Assembly: GCA_052327205.1 (NCBI GenBank)
Contig: CM126203.1
Location: 42,842,001 to 42,906,000 of the forward strand
From: Somniosus microcephalus
Taxonomy: Eukaryota
Length of the DNA stretch: 64,000 bases
Direction: 5' to 3'
Of the stretch, positions 12,430-23,568 are shown piece after piece. Position 1 is the stretch's first letter. Every line of letters starts with the position of its first letter. Position numbers and translations under genes: made by a program. Below the pieces are notes generated by a model, which saw nothing but the letters and a program-made list of their open reading frames with translations, had not been told where the DNA came from and ran no database searches.

Positions 12430-13614
12430 CTGTTTTTCTCTTCACAGGTGTTGCCTGACCTGCTGAGTATCTCCAGCATTTTCTGTTTTTATTTCAGATT
12501 TCCAGCATCTGCAGTATTTTCTTTTTGTATTAAAGCAATGCAATACTGCCTCAATTTCTGTTCACTGTAACTTTAATATTTTATGAATGGAGACTAATAC
12601 AAATTTCAAGTCTACCCTCTCAGGTAATTGTTACTGGTCTTTCCCACAGGGGACCCTGCATCCTTTACAACAAGGAGTTTGCATTAACTACCCAATATCT
12701 AGGTGTGCAGTAGAGTGGTTCAGGGCCTGTAACAAAGAGATGCTCTTGCTATAGGGACTGGATACCTTAATCCTCTGCACATGTTCTCACAAGCACTGCT
12801 TCAATCTTCTGAAAGGCAGACTGATTAACAATTCGGTGAGCTGAAGGCAGGTACAAATCACTAAGCAGTTTTATTTCCCAGTCAATAAATGAACACATGG
12901 AATAACAGTTAGAGCAAATCTCACCTTACTTCAACATAACTTCTTATAATAAAGAACACGTTCATGCTGACCTGTTTAACTGGCTAAATAATGTTTGATT
13001 TTGATCAGCCCCATTACTGAATCAGACCAGGCTTGTCATAGGCCTGGTCAGCTCTCTTAAGGTAGACTGGCCAAGGTCCTACTTTGCCTCTCCCAGCTGA
13101 AATTACCAATTGACCTTGACTGTGAATTTGCCCATTTCCTTTGTCTTGTCTCTGGACAAGAAGTTTGGCAGTTTGACCTCTGCCTCCTTCCCTGTCCAGG
13201 GGTTGGTCAGTTGATCTGCCATTTAATCCTGCTACCATTGCCCCGTTGCTGCCCCAGATGTGGGCTCCTTAAAAATAATTCCTGCTATTGCCACAATGAA
13301 TAGTGATACCCCAACACAATGGGGGAGAAATTCGTGTTTGTGAGCTAAAGTTGCCTGTGATAAGCTAATGGCCACAACGCTAACAGAGCAAAATTGGTCT
13401 GGGGGGCATGGAGATTGGTGGCGCAGTGCTTGCCTTCCGTGCAACGCCAGCCAGGTGGCATTGCTGGAGGTTTCCAAGGCAAAGTTTCTGTGCAGAAGTG
13501 GCGTTCGAGCTTCCCACAGCCTCTGGTATTAAGGCTGTGGAACTAGCAAGGAATTGTGGGTAATGAAGAGGTCTGAGAATTAAAGGGGCCATGCACACTG
13601 ATGCAATACATATT

Positions 13615-14377
13615 GGGCCAGAAATTCGGGTCCAAATGCGTGAGTATGGTCTGGGTACTCACGCATCTGGCCGGATGAAATGCCGGCGTTCAGGAAACAT
13701 CGCGCATGCGGGGAACGCCGGCATTTCCAGTCCTCTGAACGAAGGGGTTCAGAGGCACAGCGCGCGCGACTGCACAGGCAGTGCGTGCGCAGTGAAATTC
13801 CCTTTTTTTTTCAGAGTTGCGCGTGTGTAAAGGCCTCCGGTTTTTACGCGAGGAAAAAACAAGTGTAAGTACTTAGTTTTACAGGTAAGTGGGCTTTTAG
13901 TACAATTTAGAATTTTTTTCCCCACAGGTTTGTTATTTTTAAAGAATTTACAGCAAGGTAAGTTTAGTTTTAGCCCCGATTTTTTATAAAAAAAATTTTT
14001 TCAAATTTTAAAATTGTTTAAAATAGTTTTTCATAGTTATTTATGGTTCATTTAAGTATTGCAATGTTTTTTTTAATTTTCTTTCAGGTTTAAGTAGTGT
14101 TTTGGGGCCAGCAGTTTTCATGAGTTTGACAGCTCTCCCTGTCAAACTTATGAATGAACTTTTGCAACCTCCCATTGGTTGCCCAGTGCCCACGTGATCC
14201 CAGCCGGCTCATCGCACTAAGTACGCCGCTGGGTCACGCACGCACAGCGCGGCAGGACCTCAAGCTGGCCAGTGAGGGGAAATGCATTGCGGGCCAGGAT
14301 TTAAATGTCAGCGCGCCGGGTAAGTGCTCATTGGGGGCTTGCACGCGCGGCAAGCACCCGACCCGAATTTCTGGCCC
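13615..14377. mobile_element. Harbinger-type MITE
   Basis: Perfect 18-bp TIR GGGCCAGAAATTCGGGTC; TSD ATT; internally related to 9981-10721. Confidence 0.88.
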
Positions 14378-14519
14378 ATTAAAATGAAGTGAAACAATGC
14401 AGCTTTCAGCCCTTTCTGCCTTTTAAAAAATATTTAACATTAAAAAGAAGTCCCAAATGTGAATATTCAGCTCTTAAAGCTGAATTACCTTCCTAACCTC
14501 AACAAATGGAAAAACTGCC

Positions 14520-16210
14520 TCAGCACTAACACAAATGGCTCAGTAAGCCAGGGAAGGGGCACCCAGGGTCTCGCACACAGCACTCCAGCTTTGTGCAGGG
14601 GGTCAACACTGCAAGACAGGCCCTCTATCCACAAGGGCCAGGAGGTCCTCCAGAAAGAAGGATGTGAGAGTACATCACCAAGGCCGTCACTGCCAGCAGT
14701 GTCACCCCCACCACCTGGCTCCAGTGCCCAAAGAAGCTTCATGACCTGAGACCACTGGTCAAGGTCAGTGAATGCATCTTCAAAAGCCGTCTCCTACCAA
14801 GTGCACCACTAGCCTCACACACTGCTCAATGTACAACCCCCCCAATCACTTACCTACCAACAATATGCACCAATCACGAGGCACATCTCTCATTCCTAGC
14901 CTTACCTCACCCCCTTGGAGGAGACGGTGCAGGCCATTCTTGGCAGGGGCATAGCTGAGCCCTTGGCCAGCGGTGGGGCTGAAAGGATACAAGATGCTGG
15001 TATCCTCATATGTTATTCTCCTTCTGGCATGCACCTCAGACTTTCCCACCCTCCCCTCACCACAACTCCACCCTTGTGCCTTCCTCATTTCACACACCCA
15101 AGAAATGCAGCCTGCCCAGCCAGTGGGTGACCAAGAAGAGGGAGAGGCGAGTAAAGAAGAACAAGAACAGAAGATTGATTTGACACTTCCAGCCAGCAAC
15201 TCCTCAAGGTCAACCAGCAAGGACATTTGCAGTGTCCCCCACTGAAGGTCAGCAGCCTTCCACCAGACACGCTGCAGCCACTGGGGCAGCACTGCATGAC
15301 ATCAGTAGGATAGGCAAAGGCACACATAAGACAGTCACTAAGGAATGCATATGGGTAATGATTTGATTTCTTGACATCACATTGGATGGCTAGACATATA
15401 TAGGTGGATTGGAAAGTTTGTTTTGTGGTGGCTTTTACTTCAGCATCGTGACCAAGAGGACGCTGTGATGGTCAGTAACAGATGGAAGGTAAGATATGGG
15501 ACTTATTTTGAAAGGGGAATTGGGGTTGTAGTCACTGGGACCGCAGGTGGATGATTCCATCCCAGCTATCATGGCCACAAAGGAGCTGTCTGGGTTGCAT
15601 CCTTCCTTTTGCTTCCTCCTCTTCTGCTTCCTCCTCTTCTGTGCCTTCCTCTTCCCTCTGCAAGCGGATGCTGTAAATGTGAAATGACAGCATAAAATGC
15701 TGGAAATACTCAGCTGGTCAGGCAGCATCTCGACCTGAGACCTTGTGAACTCTGTTTTTCTTTCCACAGACATTGCATGACCTGCTGAGTATTCACAGCA
15801 TGTTTTGTCTTCTCAAAGGCCTTCATTTACCATCCGAGCCCTTGCAAGCTTCCAGCAGCACACACTACACACTTAAAAACCTTTCACATCTATTGCAGCA
15901 AGCCACCACTTCAATAAAATCAAAAAAAAAAGTTAAAAACAGGTTAACTGGCATGCTTAGGACCCAGTGCTGAATTCAATGCTAGGGTCGAAGTTCGCGT
16001 TGGTGACGTTAAGTCGGCGTTGCACACCAATTGACGTCACCAGGCTGCCATTTTTTCTTTCAGGGTGCTACCAGTTACCAGCAGCGCAAAAGGGGACATA
16101 AATATGGCGGCCGCCGCGGGACCCACCAGTTGGCGAAAGAGTGGCCGCCGCCGTTGTATTGCCATTTCATCACACTACAGAGTGGCAGTAAGTAGATAAA
16201 TTTCTAGCCC
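14520..16210 (+). mobile_element. Decayed Harbinger derivative with Myb/SANT gene remnant
   Basis: Broken trihelix-like reading ...TWLQCPKKLHDL followed by acidic exon remnants. Right terminus AAATTTCTAGCCC. A Penelope remnant is inserted at ~15692-15806. Confidence 0.55.
15692..15806. mobile_element. Collapsed Penelope-like inverted remnant
   Basis: AAAATGCTGGAAATACTCAGC...GCTGAGTATTCACAGCAT matches the arms of 12198-12528; ribozyme core lost. Confidence 0.6.
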
Positions 16211-16443
16211 AATGAGCCTGAATGGCTCACAGGAAAGGCTTAACCACTCCCTCCTCTTTTGTTAGATCAGAAGACTGGTAATATTCCAGCCACCATCCTT
16301 TTGGCCGAACTATGCATCCCATCCCTTCTCCAGCTCTGCTTGCAAACTGAATTTTAAAGATTCACTTTAACTTAAATTTAACATTTCAACATAGATCATA
16401 CCCAAATCCTTATATGATAAAATAGTTGAAAATCCAAAAACAT

Positions 16444-18800
16444 GAGACTTCCGCAGTAGTAAAAGCAACGGGAGCGGCTGGAGAGCGCGAGACTTCGGCA
16501 GTAGTAAAAGCAGCGAGAGCGGCTGGAGAGCGCGAGACTTCGGCGATAGTAAAGCAGCGGGAGCGGCTGGAGAGCGCGAGACTTCGGCGATAGTAAAGCA
16601 GCGGGAGCGGCTGGAGAGCGCGAGACTTCGGTGGTAGTAAAGCAGCGGGAGCAGCTGGAGAGCGCGAGACTTCGGCGATAGTAAAGCAGCGGGAGCGGCT
16701 GGAGAGCGCGAGACTTCGGCGGTCGTAACAGCAGCGAGAGCGGCTGGAGAGCGCGAGACTTCGGCGGTAGTAAAGCAGCGGGAACGGCTGGCGAGCACGA
16801 GACTTCGGCGGTAGTAAAACAGCGGGAGCGGCTGGAGAGCGCGAGACTTCAGCGGTAGTAAAAGCAGCGAGAGCAGCTGGAGAGCGCGAGACTTCGGCGG
16901 TAGTAAAACAGCGGGAGCGGCTGGAGAGCGCGAGACTTTGGCGGTAGTAAAAGCAGCGAGAGCGGCTGGAGAGCGCGAGACTTCGGCGGTAATAGAAACA
17001 GCGGGAACGGCTGGAGAGCGTGAGACTTCGGCGGTAGTAGAAACAGCGAGAGTGGCTGGAGAGCGCGAGACTTCGGTGGTAGTAAAAGCAGCGAGAGCGG
17101 CTGGAGAGCACGAGTCTTCGGCGGCAGTAAAAGCAGCGGGAGCGGCTGGAGAGCGCGAGACTTCGGCGGTAATAGAAACAGCGGGAGCGGCTGGATAGCG
17201 CAAGACTTTGGAGGTAATAGAAACAGCGGGAGCAGCTGGAGAGCGCGAGACTTCGGCGGTAGTAAAAGCAGCGAGAGTGGCTGGAGAGCGCGAGACTTCG
17301 GCGGTAATAGAAACAGCGGGAACGGCTGGAGAGCGCGAGACTTCGGCGGTAATAGAAACAGCGGGAACGGCTGGAGAGCGCGAGACTTCGGCGGTAGTAG
17401 AAACAGCGAGAGCGGCTGGAGAGCGCGAGACTTCGGTGGTAGTAAAAGCAGCGAGAGCGGCTGGAGAGCACGAGTCTTCGGCGGCAGTAAAAGCAGCGGG
17501 AGTGGCTGGAGAGCGCGAGACTTCGGCGGTAATAGAAACAGCGGGAGCGGCTGGAGAGTGCGAGACTTCGGCGGTAGTAGAAACAGCGAGAGCGGCTGGA
17601 GAGCACGAGACTTCGGTGGTAGTAAAAGCAGCGAGAGCGGCTGGAGAGCACGAGTCTTCGGCGGCAGTAAAAGCAGCGAGAGCGGCTGGAGAGCACGAGT
17701 CTTCGGCGGCAGTAAAAGCAGCGGGAGTGGCTGGAGAGCGCGAGAGTTCGGCGGTAATAGAAACAGCGGGAACGGCTGGAGAGCGCGAGACTTCGGCGGT
17801 AGTAGAAACAGCGAGAGCGGCTGGAGAGCGCGAGACTTCGGTGGTAGTAAAGCAGCGGAAGCGGCTGGAGAGCGCAAGACTTCGGCGGTAGTAAAGCAGC
17901 GGGAGCGGCTGGAGAGCGCAAGACTTCGGTGGTAGTAAAGCAGTGGGAGCGGCTGGAGAGCGCGAGTCTTTAGCGGCAGTAAAAGCAGCGGGAGCAGCTG
18001 GAGAGCGCGAGACTTCGGCGGTATTAAAGCAGCGGGAGCGGCTGGAGAGCGCGAGTCTTCGGCGGCAGTAAAAGCAGCGGGAGCAGCTGGAGAGCGCGAG
18101 TCTTCGACGGCAGTAAAAGCAGCGGGAGCGGCTGGAGAGCGCGAGACTTCGGCGGTAGTAAAGCAGCGGGAGCGGCTGGAGAGCGCAAGACTTCAGCGGT
18201 AGTAAAGCAGCAGGAGCGGCTGGAGAGCGCAAGACTTCGGTGGTAGTAAAGCAGCGAGAGCGGCTGGAGAGCGCGAGACTTCAGCGGCAGTAAAAGCAGC
18301 AAGAGCTGCTGGAGAGCGCAAGACTTCGGCGGTAGTAAAGCAGCGGGAGCGGCTGGAGAGCGCGAGACTTCAGCGGCAGTAAAAGCAGCAAGAGCTGCTG
18401 GAGAGCGCAAGACTTCGGCGGTAGTAAAGCAGCGGGAGCGGCTGGAGAGCGCGAGACTTCAGCGGTAGTAAAGCGGCGGGAGCGGCTGGAGAGTGCGAGA
18501 CTTCAGCGGTAGTAAAAGCAGCGAGAGCGGCTGGAGAGCGCGAGACTTCGGCGGTAGTAAAGCAGCGGGAGCGGCTGGAGAGCGTGAGTCTTCGGCGGCA
18601 GTAAAAGCAGCGGGAGCGGCTGGAGAGCGCGAGACTTCGGCGGTAGTAAAGCAGCGGGAGCGGCTGGAGAGCGCAAAACTTCGGCGGTAGTAAAAGCAGC
18701 GAGAGCGGCTGGAGAGCGCGAGACTTCGGCGGTAATAGAAACAGCGGGAGCGGCTGGAGAGCGTGAGACCTCGGCGGTAGTAAAGCAACGGGAGCGGCTG
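16444..18800 (+). repeat. GC/CpG-rich minisatellite, 44-45 bp unit, about 52 copies
   Basis: Unit GAGCGGCTGGAGAGCGCGAGACTTCGGCGGTAGTAAA(A)GCAGCGG; runs directly into a CR1 5' UTR. Confidence 0.97.
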
Positions 18801-19206
18801 AGATACAAAGGACAGGTGAGTGTAAAGAACTAAAAAGTAATCGAAGTGTTACGTCACCAGAAAGCAGGTTGTGATTGGTTGGTTGGTGAGTATTTCTCTA
18901 TTTCTTGCTTTTTTCCAAACTTGGGCATCTAAATTTAAGTGTCTTGGTGTAGATTAAAAGATATACGTGTTCCAAAGTGATGCCGGTGTAGGGGAAGAAG
19001 TTGATTGGTGAGTAGTGTGTGAGTGCCTTTTTTTTCTTCAATTTTAAGTCTATTTCTTTTAAGGTAGTTCATAGTTAAGGTAGTTCGGGAGAGCGAGAAT
19101 CGGAGAGTTTAAATTTGAGGTAAGAGTTTTTTAATTAAAAGTATGTCAGGGGACCTCAGTCCCATGCGTTGCATGGCCTGCAGCATGTGGGAATTCCGAG
19201 ATGCTT

Positions 19207-21480
19207 ACATAAGAAATAGGAAATAGGAGCAGGAGTAGGCCATACGGCCCCTCGGGCCTGCTCCGCCATTCAATAGGATCATGGCTGATCTGAATCTAGA
19301 CTCATGTCCACTTCCCTGCCCTGTCCCCGTAACCCCTAATTCCCTTATCTGCTAGGAAAATGTCTATCTCCATTTTAAATTTATTTAATGTTGCAGCTTC
19401 CACAGCTCTCTGGGGTAGCAAATTCCATACATTTACTACCCTCTGAGTGAAGAAGTTTCTCCTCATCTCAGTTTTGAAAAGGCAGCCCCTTATTCTAAGA
19501 TTATGCCCCCTAGTTCTAATCTCACCCATCAGTGGAAACATCCTCACCGCATCCACCCGATCAAGCCCCCTCACAATTCCTCTCATTCTTCTGAACTCCA
19601 ATGAGTAGAGTCCCAACCTACTCAACCTTTCCTCATACGTCAACCCCCTCATCTCTGGAATCAACCGAGTGAACCTTTTCTGAACCGCCTCGAGAGCAAG
19701 TATATCTTTTCTTAAATATGGAAACCAAAACTGCACGCAGTATTCCAGGTGTGGCCTCACCAATACCCTGTATAACTGCAGCAAGACTTCCCTGTTTTTA
19801 TACTCCATCCCCCTTGCAATAAAAGCCAAGATTCCATTGGCCTTCCTGATCACCTACTGCACCTGCATACTAACTTTTTGTGTTTCATGCACCAGGACTC
19901 CCAGATCCCTTTGTACTGTAGCACTTTGCAGTTTCTCTCCATTTAGATAATAACTTGCTCTTTGATTTTTTCTGCCAAAGTGCATAACCTCACACTTTCC
20001 AACATTATATTGCATCTGCCAAATCTCTGCCCACTCACTTAGCCTGTCTATGTCCTTTTGCAAGTTTTTTATGTCCTCCTCACTCACTGCTTTCCCTCCC
20101 ATCTTTGTATCGTCGGCAAACTTGGATATGTTGCACTCGGTCCCTTCCTCCAAATCGTTAATATAGATTGTAAAGAGTTGGAGTCCCAGCACTGACCCCT
20201 GCGGAACACCACTAGTTACTGATTGCCAGCCCGAGAACGAACCATTTATCCCAACTCTTTGTTTTCTGTTAGATAGCCAATCTTCCACCCATGCCAGTAT
20301 ATTACCCCCAATCCCGTGATATTTTATCTTGATCAGTAATCTTTTGTGTGGAACCTTGTCAAATGCCTTTTGGAAGTCCAAATACACTACATCCACTGGT
20401 TCCCCTTTATCCACCCTGTATGTTACATCCTCAAAGAATTCGAGCAAATTTGTCAAACATGACTTCCCCTTCGTAAAACCATGCTGACTCTGTCCTATTA
20501 AATTATGTTTATCCAAATGCTCTGTTACTGTATCCTTAATAATGGACTCCAACATTTTGCCAACCACAGATGTTAGGCTAACTGGTCTATAGTTTCCAGC
20601 TTTTTGTCTACTTCCCTTCTTAAATAAGTAAATAAGGGTGTTACATTAGCAGTTTTCCAATCTGCCGGGACCTTTCCTGAGTCCAGGGAGTTCTGGAAAA
20701 TGATCACCAATGCATCCACAATCCCTACCGCCACTTCTCTCAAGACCCTAGGATGTAGGCCATCAGGTCCGAGGGATTTATCCACCTTAAGTCCCATTAT
20801 TTTACTGAGTACCATCTCCTTAGTGATTTTAATCGTGTTTAGCTCCTCCCCCCCCCCACCCCCATTGCCCCCTGTTTGTCCAGTGTTGGGATATTTTTAG
20901 TGTCCTCTACTGTAAAGACTGATACAAAATATTTGTTCAGTGTCTTTGCCATCTCCATGTTCCCCACCACTAGTTTCCCAGTCCCATCCTCTAAGGGACC
21001 AACGTTCACTTTAGCCACCCTTTTTCTTTTTATATAGCTGTAGAAACTCTTGCTATCTGTTTTTATATTTTTTGCTAGTTTACTTTCATAATCTATCTTC
21101 CCTTTCTCAATTAATCTTTTAGTTATTGTTTGCTGGCTTTTAAATGCTTCCCAATCTTCTATCCTCCCACTAGATTTGGCTAATTTATATGCCCTTGTTT
21201 TCAGTCGAATACTATCCTTTATTACTTTACTAAGCCACGGATGGCTGTCTTTTCTTTTACTCCCCTTTTTCCTCAGTGGAATATATTTATCTTGAAAGAT
21301 GTGAAATATCTCCTTGAATGTAGACCACTGCTCTTGTACCGTCTTGCACTTTAATCTGTTTTCCCAGTCCGCTTTAGTCAATTCTACTCTCATACCTTCA
21401 TAGTTTCCTTTATTTAAGCTTAGTACGCTGGTTTGAGATCCAACTCTCTCACCTTCAAGCTGAATTTGGAATTCAACCAT
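19207..21480 (-). mobile_element. 5'-truncated CR1 inserted antisense in ORF1 of the host CR1
   Basis: RT ORFs 19302-19853, 19854-20567, 20573-20815, 20839-21480; 3' tail at 19207-19230. Host ORF1 rejoins in frame across it; possible CTT TSD. Confidence 0.92.
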
Positions 21481-23568
21481 CTTGCAGTCAAGAAGACCAC
21501 ATGTGTGGTAAGTGCCAATGGTTTCGCCAACTTGAGATCCAGTTTTCGGAGCTCGAGCGTCAGCTGGAGGCACTGCGGTGTATCCGCGAGGCTGAGAGCT
21601 ACGTGGATAGCACGTTTTTTAGACGTGGTCACCCCACAGCTTAAGAAAGTGCAGTCAGAGAGGGAATGGGAAACCACCAGTCAGAAGAAGGGGGGGGCAG
21701 GCAGGTAGTTAGGAAAGCCCCAGAGTGCATCTCACTCAACAACCGGTTTTCTGTGTTGGAAAATGGTGACAGTAACGGTTCCTCTGGGGAGTGCAGCCAG
21801 AGCCGTGTTCACGGCACTGTGGGTGGCTCAGCTGCACAAGGGGGGAGGAGTAAGAGTGGAAGGGCAATTGTAGTAGCAGACTCAATAGTGAGGAGTGCAG
21901 ACAGGCGTTTCTGCGGCCGCAGACGTGACTCCAGGATGGTATGTTACCGCCCTTGCCAGGGTCAAGGATGTCACTGAACAGCTACAGGGCATTCTGAAGG
22001 GGGAGGGTGAACAGTCAGAGGTTGTGGTTCACATTGGTACCAACGACATAGGTAGAAAGAGGGATGAGGTCCTGCAACAAGAATTTAGGTAGCAGATTAA
22101 AAAGCAGGACCTCAAAGGTTGTAATCTCTGGATTACTCCCGGTGCCACGTGCTAGTGAGTATAGGAATAGGAGGATAGAGCAGATGAATGCGTGGCTAAA
22201 GAGTTGGTGCAGGAGGGAGGGCTTTAGTTTCCTGGATTGCTGGGTCTGCTTCTGGGGAAGGTGGGACCTGTACAAGTCGGACGGGTTGCACCTGAACCGG
22301 AACGGGACCAACATCCTTGCGGGGAGGTTTGCTAGTGCTGTTGGGGGGGGGTTTAAACTAACTTGGCAGGGGGATGGGATACGGAGTGGAGCTATAGTAG
22401 GGGGTGATGCACAGCCAAATATAGAGGGAAAAAAACAAGTCAGTCTGGAAGGCAGAGCAAATATGTAATAGTACAAGGGAGTATGGCAAGGCTGGATGGC
22501 ATTTATTTTAATGCAAGGAGTCTTGCGAGTAAGGCAGATGAATTGAAGGTGTTAATGAACATATGGGAGTATTATCTTATTGCTATCACAGAGACATGGT
22601 TGAGGGAGGGGCAGGACTGGCAGCTCAATATTCCAGGGTATAGAATCTTCAGGTGAGACAGAGGCGGGTGTAAAAGAGGAGGGGGTGTCGCAATATTAAT
22701 CAAGGAGTCAATTACTGCAGTAAGGAGGGATGATATCTTAGCAGGTTCCTCTAATGAGGCCAGATGGGTAGAACTTAAAAACAAAAAGGGGGCAAGCACT
22801 TTGCTGCAAGTGTACTATAGGCCCTCAAACAGTCAGGGGGAGATAGAGGAACAGATATGTAGACAAATCTCAGAGAAGTGTAGAAATAATAGGGTAATAA
22901 TAGTAGGTGATTTCAACTTCCCCAATATTAACTGGGATAGTCAGAGTGTGAAAGTCTTAGAGGGTGCAGAATTCTTAAAGTGCATCCAGGAGAGCTTTTT
23001 GAGCTAGCATGTAGAAAGTCCTACAAGAGAGGGGGCGATACTGGACCTAATTCTAGGGAATGTAGCCGGGCAAGTGGTAGAAGTGTTAGTAGGAGAGCAT
23101 TTTGGTGACAGTGACCATAATTCGGTGAGATTTAAAGTAGTCGTGGAAAAGGACAAAGATGGACCGGAAATAAAGGTTCTAAATTGGGGGAAGGCCGATT
23201 TTAATATGATAAGGCAGGACCTGGCCAAAGTGGACTGGGATCAGCTACTTGTAGGAAAATCTACATCAGAGCAGTGGGAGTCATTCAGAAAGGAAATATA
23301 GAGAGCACAACGCCAACATGTTCCCGTAAAGGTCAAGGGTGGGACCAACAAGCCCAGGGAACCCTGGATGTCAAGGGATATACAAGAATGGATTAGGAAA
23401 TAAAGGGAGGCTTTTGGCAGATACAAAGGACTAAAAACAGTGGAAGCCCTAGAGGAGTATAGAAAGTGCAGGGGGGTACTTAAAAAAGAAATTAGGAGAG
23501 CGAAGAGGGGGCATGAAAAAACACTGGCGGGCAAAATAAAGGAAAATCCCAAGGTGTTTTATAAGTAT

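Larger units (their letters stand above)
12198..12528. mobile_element. Penelope-like inverted mini-element
   Basis: ~110-bp inverted arms (12198-12307 / 12381-12490). 17-bp direct flank ATTAAAGCAATGCAATA at 12181-12197 and 12529-12545. Confidence 0.8.

Noticed and set aside
16444-18800. CRISPR-like array (also 49374-49596 and 41275-41525)
   Set aside because: Head-to-tail units with no unique spacers, no cas genes, eukaryotic context.
16367-18808. Long ORFs (up to 621 aa) of repetitive peptide
   Set aside because: Artefact of a 45-bp repeat unit lacking stops in several frames.
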